Positions 60,427-64,000 of a stretch of DNA of 64,000 bases are shown piece by piece; position 1 is the stretch's first letter, and every line of letters starts with the position of its first letter. The stretch spans positions 37,014,001 through 37,078,000 of the forward strand of contig OZ241829.1 of assembly GCA_965202585.1 (NCBI GenBank), in the 5' to 3' direction. A model generated the notes under the pieces. That model made no database searches and was not told the origin of the DNA. It was given only the letters and a program-made list of their open reading frames with translations. The position numbers and the translations under genes were made by a program. The DNA is from Thalia democratica (taxonomy: Eukaryota).

Positions 60427-63400
60427 ATGGACAACGAAAGATGCCATGCGAATCCGTTCGTACACCGGATGTCGCTTTCAAGCAGGCAAAAACTGCAAAT
60501 TTTTATAATGTCCTTTACTCTCGCCCCGATGCGCTTCTTCTTTGCTTTTTCAACATTGTTAGTAACCTGGGTAATGGGTTTTGTTTTTACTTTCGGAGCA
60601 AGCAGCGACTTCACTGTTCCTGTCAGTTCGTTTCGTCAAAAATTATACAACTTTCTTCGTAAAATGGGTTCGTTGGTTGGCTTCTTTTGCGGAATTCATT
60701 TTCAGGTAGCGTTTTGTAAGTTTTGTATATCCTATTAGTGTTTTTAAATATTCAATTTGATGTACATTTTAATAGCATGATAGAAAATGTTTAATCTATT
60801 TGTTCATTATGAATGTATCTTGAAAAAAATATATATAATTTTTCAAAGATATAAACGTTGAAACTAGCTATAAATTTGTCAGATTAGTAATAGTCAACTT
60901 CTTTAACATACAATTTAGCTTTTAACATACAACTTTGTTTTATTTCTTTAAACTCTCACTATTGCATTATAAAATAACAAAAAAAAAAGTTTATAATTAG
61001 AAAATTATTTTTTGAATAGTACTACTTAATACTTAAAAAATTTATAAATTTTCAAGATTACGAAGTAAGAAACAAAAAAACAACACAGTTTACTTTTGTA
61101 ACATACTTTAATAAAAACTTATCCTAATTACACTTGAAAGTAGAAAATTTACTATTGTTTAAAAAAGTATTTTAATTTTCAACTTCACTTCTTAACATAA
61201 ACATCACAAAGCTGTTTTACGCAGTAAAGTTACTAACAGTTATTGATTTAGAACCAAATACACGTTTTAAAAAGTTAACCAGCAAACAGTAATCATTTCC
61301 AAAATATAAGTCTTGTTTTAAAGGTCAGCGGTGTTCGAAGCTCTGCTGCTGAAGCTCCCATTTTGATAGGATGTCCCCACTCCTCCTACTTAGACATAAT
61401 GTACTGGTTTATTGGCGGTGACCTCCCGGCCGCGATGTCCAAGCAAGAAAACCTGAGGCTACCCATTTTTGGTACCCTGTTCAAAGCAGTGCAACCAGTT
61501 TTCGTACAGGTTTGTCAAATGCGTTCATAGTACTACGAAATTTATTGAGTCGTTACAATAAAAAATTACGTTATCTAATGATCATTTTCAGGTGCTTCAA
61601 AAACGTTGGAAGCTAATAACTACTAATCTTTTATATTTCAGCCTTGCAAACATCGGCACCTTTGTTATCACTCACTTAATCCTAAATCAGATTTAAAAAT
61701 AGACTTTTTTGTTTAAAATTATTGTTTTTTTATGAAAAAATAAGGTGATGTTATATCTAATTTATTTTAAATATATTGTACTATCACTAACCTGTTTTAT
61801 AAAAATATTCATATTGTTTAAAGCCAAGAAGTTATAAAAAGTATTTAGCGCTAGCATGTGCGAAATGACAAAAATATAATAAATATTAAAATAAGAAATT
61901 CTGGTAAAAAGCTGTTACTAAACTATTTTTCAATCTACTTTATGTTGTATTTGTTGCGAAATCAAATAATAAAATTTATGAACAACATTAGCATGAAGCT
62001 GTAACATATTCACAACAAACCAAACGTTTAAGTAAAACTAGAGACCCTCTAGTAGAGGGCTGAAATTTAGGATATGCAAAAAACGAAAAACCAGTAAACT
62101 TCACTTTCAAATATTAACTATACTTCTTTTTGAAACCTTATCAAAAAATAAAGTTGACTGATTTTTTTATTTCTAACGGGAGAACTATCGTTACTTGTTA
62201 CTCATGTTTTAATTTATAAATCAAGATTTATAAATAACTTGCAAATTGGTCCAGGACACAAGTCAATTGTTTTTACTAGTAATTTTTTCCCTGCATCAGT
62301 AGTTACAAAAAATAAATAAACGATGGTTTTAAGGAGTTTTTAATTTCAAATTTCAGTTATGAAGGACTGTTGTGCGAAATTAATTTGAACAAAATGTTGC
62401 AACAACTGGTAGATTTTCAAACCATGGTTTGTTTATTTTTTGTAATTACTTTATAAATAAAATTCATACTTTTTATGTGAAAAAAAATCTAACCCAAAAG
62501 CCAGAAGTTTTTGGTAATAATGTTAGTTTAAGTCTCTTTAACTGACTAAAATATTTTATTAAGATATGTGATGCAAAACTTATAAACTTTAACATTTTTA
62601 ATCAACAAATATTAAGTGAACAGCGCTTAAAGTTAGTTACCATATAAAAAATCGCAAGTCCCTTATTAAGGATCAGAGCTTTAAAATTTACAATTTTTTA
62701 CCCATTTTACTTATTACAAAAGTTACATTTTTCTAATAAACTCTAAGTTGTATAGTTTCTTCTATACCAGGGTTTCCCAAACTTTACTTCATAAGGCCCC
62801 CTTTGAAGATATTTTATAAAATATATGGCCCCCTCCAACAACATTTTTCATAAAACTAATGTTAAATACATCTAAAAACTTTATATTGTTCTTTATCACC
62901 AACTCAAGAATATATAATATCTAATGTTAGTTTCAAATTACGGCCTCATAGCCCCTTTACTACTTAGAGCCCCTCCTTTAAGAAATCTGGCCCACTTTGG
63001 GAAACCTTGTATTCTGTACAATACTTTATACAACAATTCATTGTTATTATAACAAATAGCACAACTAGTAAATAAAAAATAAATAACTTGTCACAGAGAA
63101 CGGATATCAAGTCTCGCGCCAAAGCACTCAACATGCTAAAGGAGCGTGTGACGTCACCGGGCAAGTGGCCGCAAGTGCTCCTGTTTCCCGAGGGAACATG
63201 TACGAACAAGTCCAGCCTGATATCGTTCAAAAGAGGAGCTTTCGCCGTCGGAGTGCCGGTTCAGCCGATTGCGGTTCGGTGGGAAGTCCCCTTTGACTAC
63301 GTCACGTGGACCGAGATCAGCAGCGGCGCGATCAAGCTGATATGGATAATGCTGTGCCAGTTTAGGACGACTCTGAAAGTGAGCAGTGTAGTTTATTATG

Positions 63401-64000
63401 TCAAGAAGTATTAGGTAATAAAAGTTGATATGCGGTTTGTGTTTACAATGAAATGTTGTTTTAAATTTGCAATAAACGTGAAGTTTGTGAACGTAAGCAA
63501 GATAATAAGAACGTTTACTCATTAAAACAAGTAAAAGGATTATGAATTGCAGTTAAGTTTAAACTTCTGATTTTTAGCAACTAACATCTAATCAAACTAT
63601 TATTATTGTAACAAAATACCATGTTTTATAAACAATTAATTTCTTTAAAACAAAACCATTTAAGTAAACATATTTCGCCATCATAGGTCGATTACCTTCC
63701 AGTGTACAAACCGAACGAGGACGAAGTGAACGATGCGAGCTTGTACGCGGAAAATGTACGCAAAACGCTGGCCTCTCACTTCGGTGTTCCGACGTCCGAG
63801 TACTCCTACGAAGACCGACAGCTGATGCGGTGCGCGAAAAAAATCAACTTTCCTCAGGAGCACGCCGCAGTTGAGTTTCTTCACGCAAAAAAGCTGTACG
63901 GTGTCGACTTGGCCTTTGCGTTCGACGTATTAAAACAGTTTTCGAAGGTGGTCAAAAATGGCTGTTACGAAGCTACCAAGGAAGACTTTCTTAGCAATTA
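60427..64000 (+). CDS. LPCAT: Lysophosphatidylcholine acyltransferase (LPCAT1/LPCAT2 family), 5' part, truncated by window end
   Basis: Exons 60427-60705 (MDNERCHANPFV...LAPMRF plus a hydrophobic segment), 61324-61509 (PILIGCPHSSYLD = HxxxxD motif), 63097-63378 (WPQVLLFPEGTCTN...FKRGAF...VPVQP) and 63687-64000+ (VDYLPVYKP...YAENVRK...). All introns are GT-AG, phase 0. LPCAT1 versus LPCAT2 cannot be resolved. Confidence 0.9.
62768..63009. mobile_element. hAT (Charlie-like) MITE in LPCAT intron 2; related left-end fragment at ~823-960
   Basis: TIRs are CAGGGTTTCCCAAAC and CTTTGGGAAACCTTG. The left flank TTCTATAC resembles NTCTAGAN, and a TTCTGTAC lies 2 nt beyond the right end. Confidence 0.75.

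Overview
This is very AT-rich eukaryotic (animal) genomic DNA with short GT-AG introns. It is probably from a tunicate; that is an inference from domain content and intron style and cannot be proven here. Two tandem, same-strand paralogues (12715-21861 and 40530-50203) each have 27 coding exons, which I assembled by hand into phase-consistent open frames of 2039 and 2042 aa. They encode a large secreted mosaic protein: signal peptide - vWA1 - 4 EGF - Ly6/three-finger - CCP - EGF with vWA2 nested inside it - 5 EGF - Ly6 - CCP - 6 EGF - Ly6 - vWA3 - 3 EGF - C-type lectin domain - orphan C-terminal domain with an acidic Tyr tail. The copies are about 98% identical in protein, but their introns alternate between near-identical and unalignable, which suggests patchy gene conversion. 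The 5' part of an LPCAT1/2-family acyltransferase gene starts at 60427 and runs off the right edge. The rest of the window is intergenic DNA with mobile-element relics (Penelope-like, RTE LINE, another degraded LINE, hAT- and MULE-like MITEs, a SINE-like family), a ~480-bp-arm inverted repeat and a possible degenerate hammerhead ribozyme. Most entries in the supplied ORF track are exon fragments, antisense shadows or spurious.
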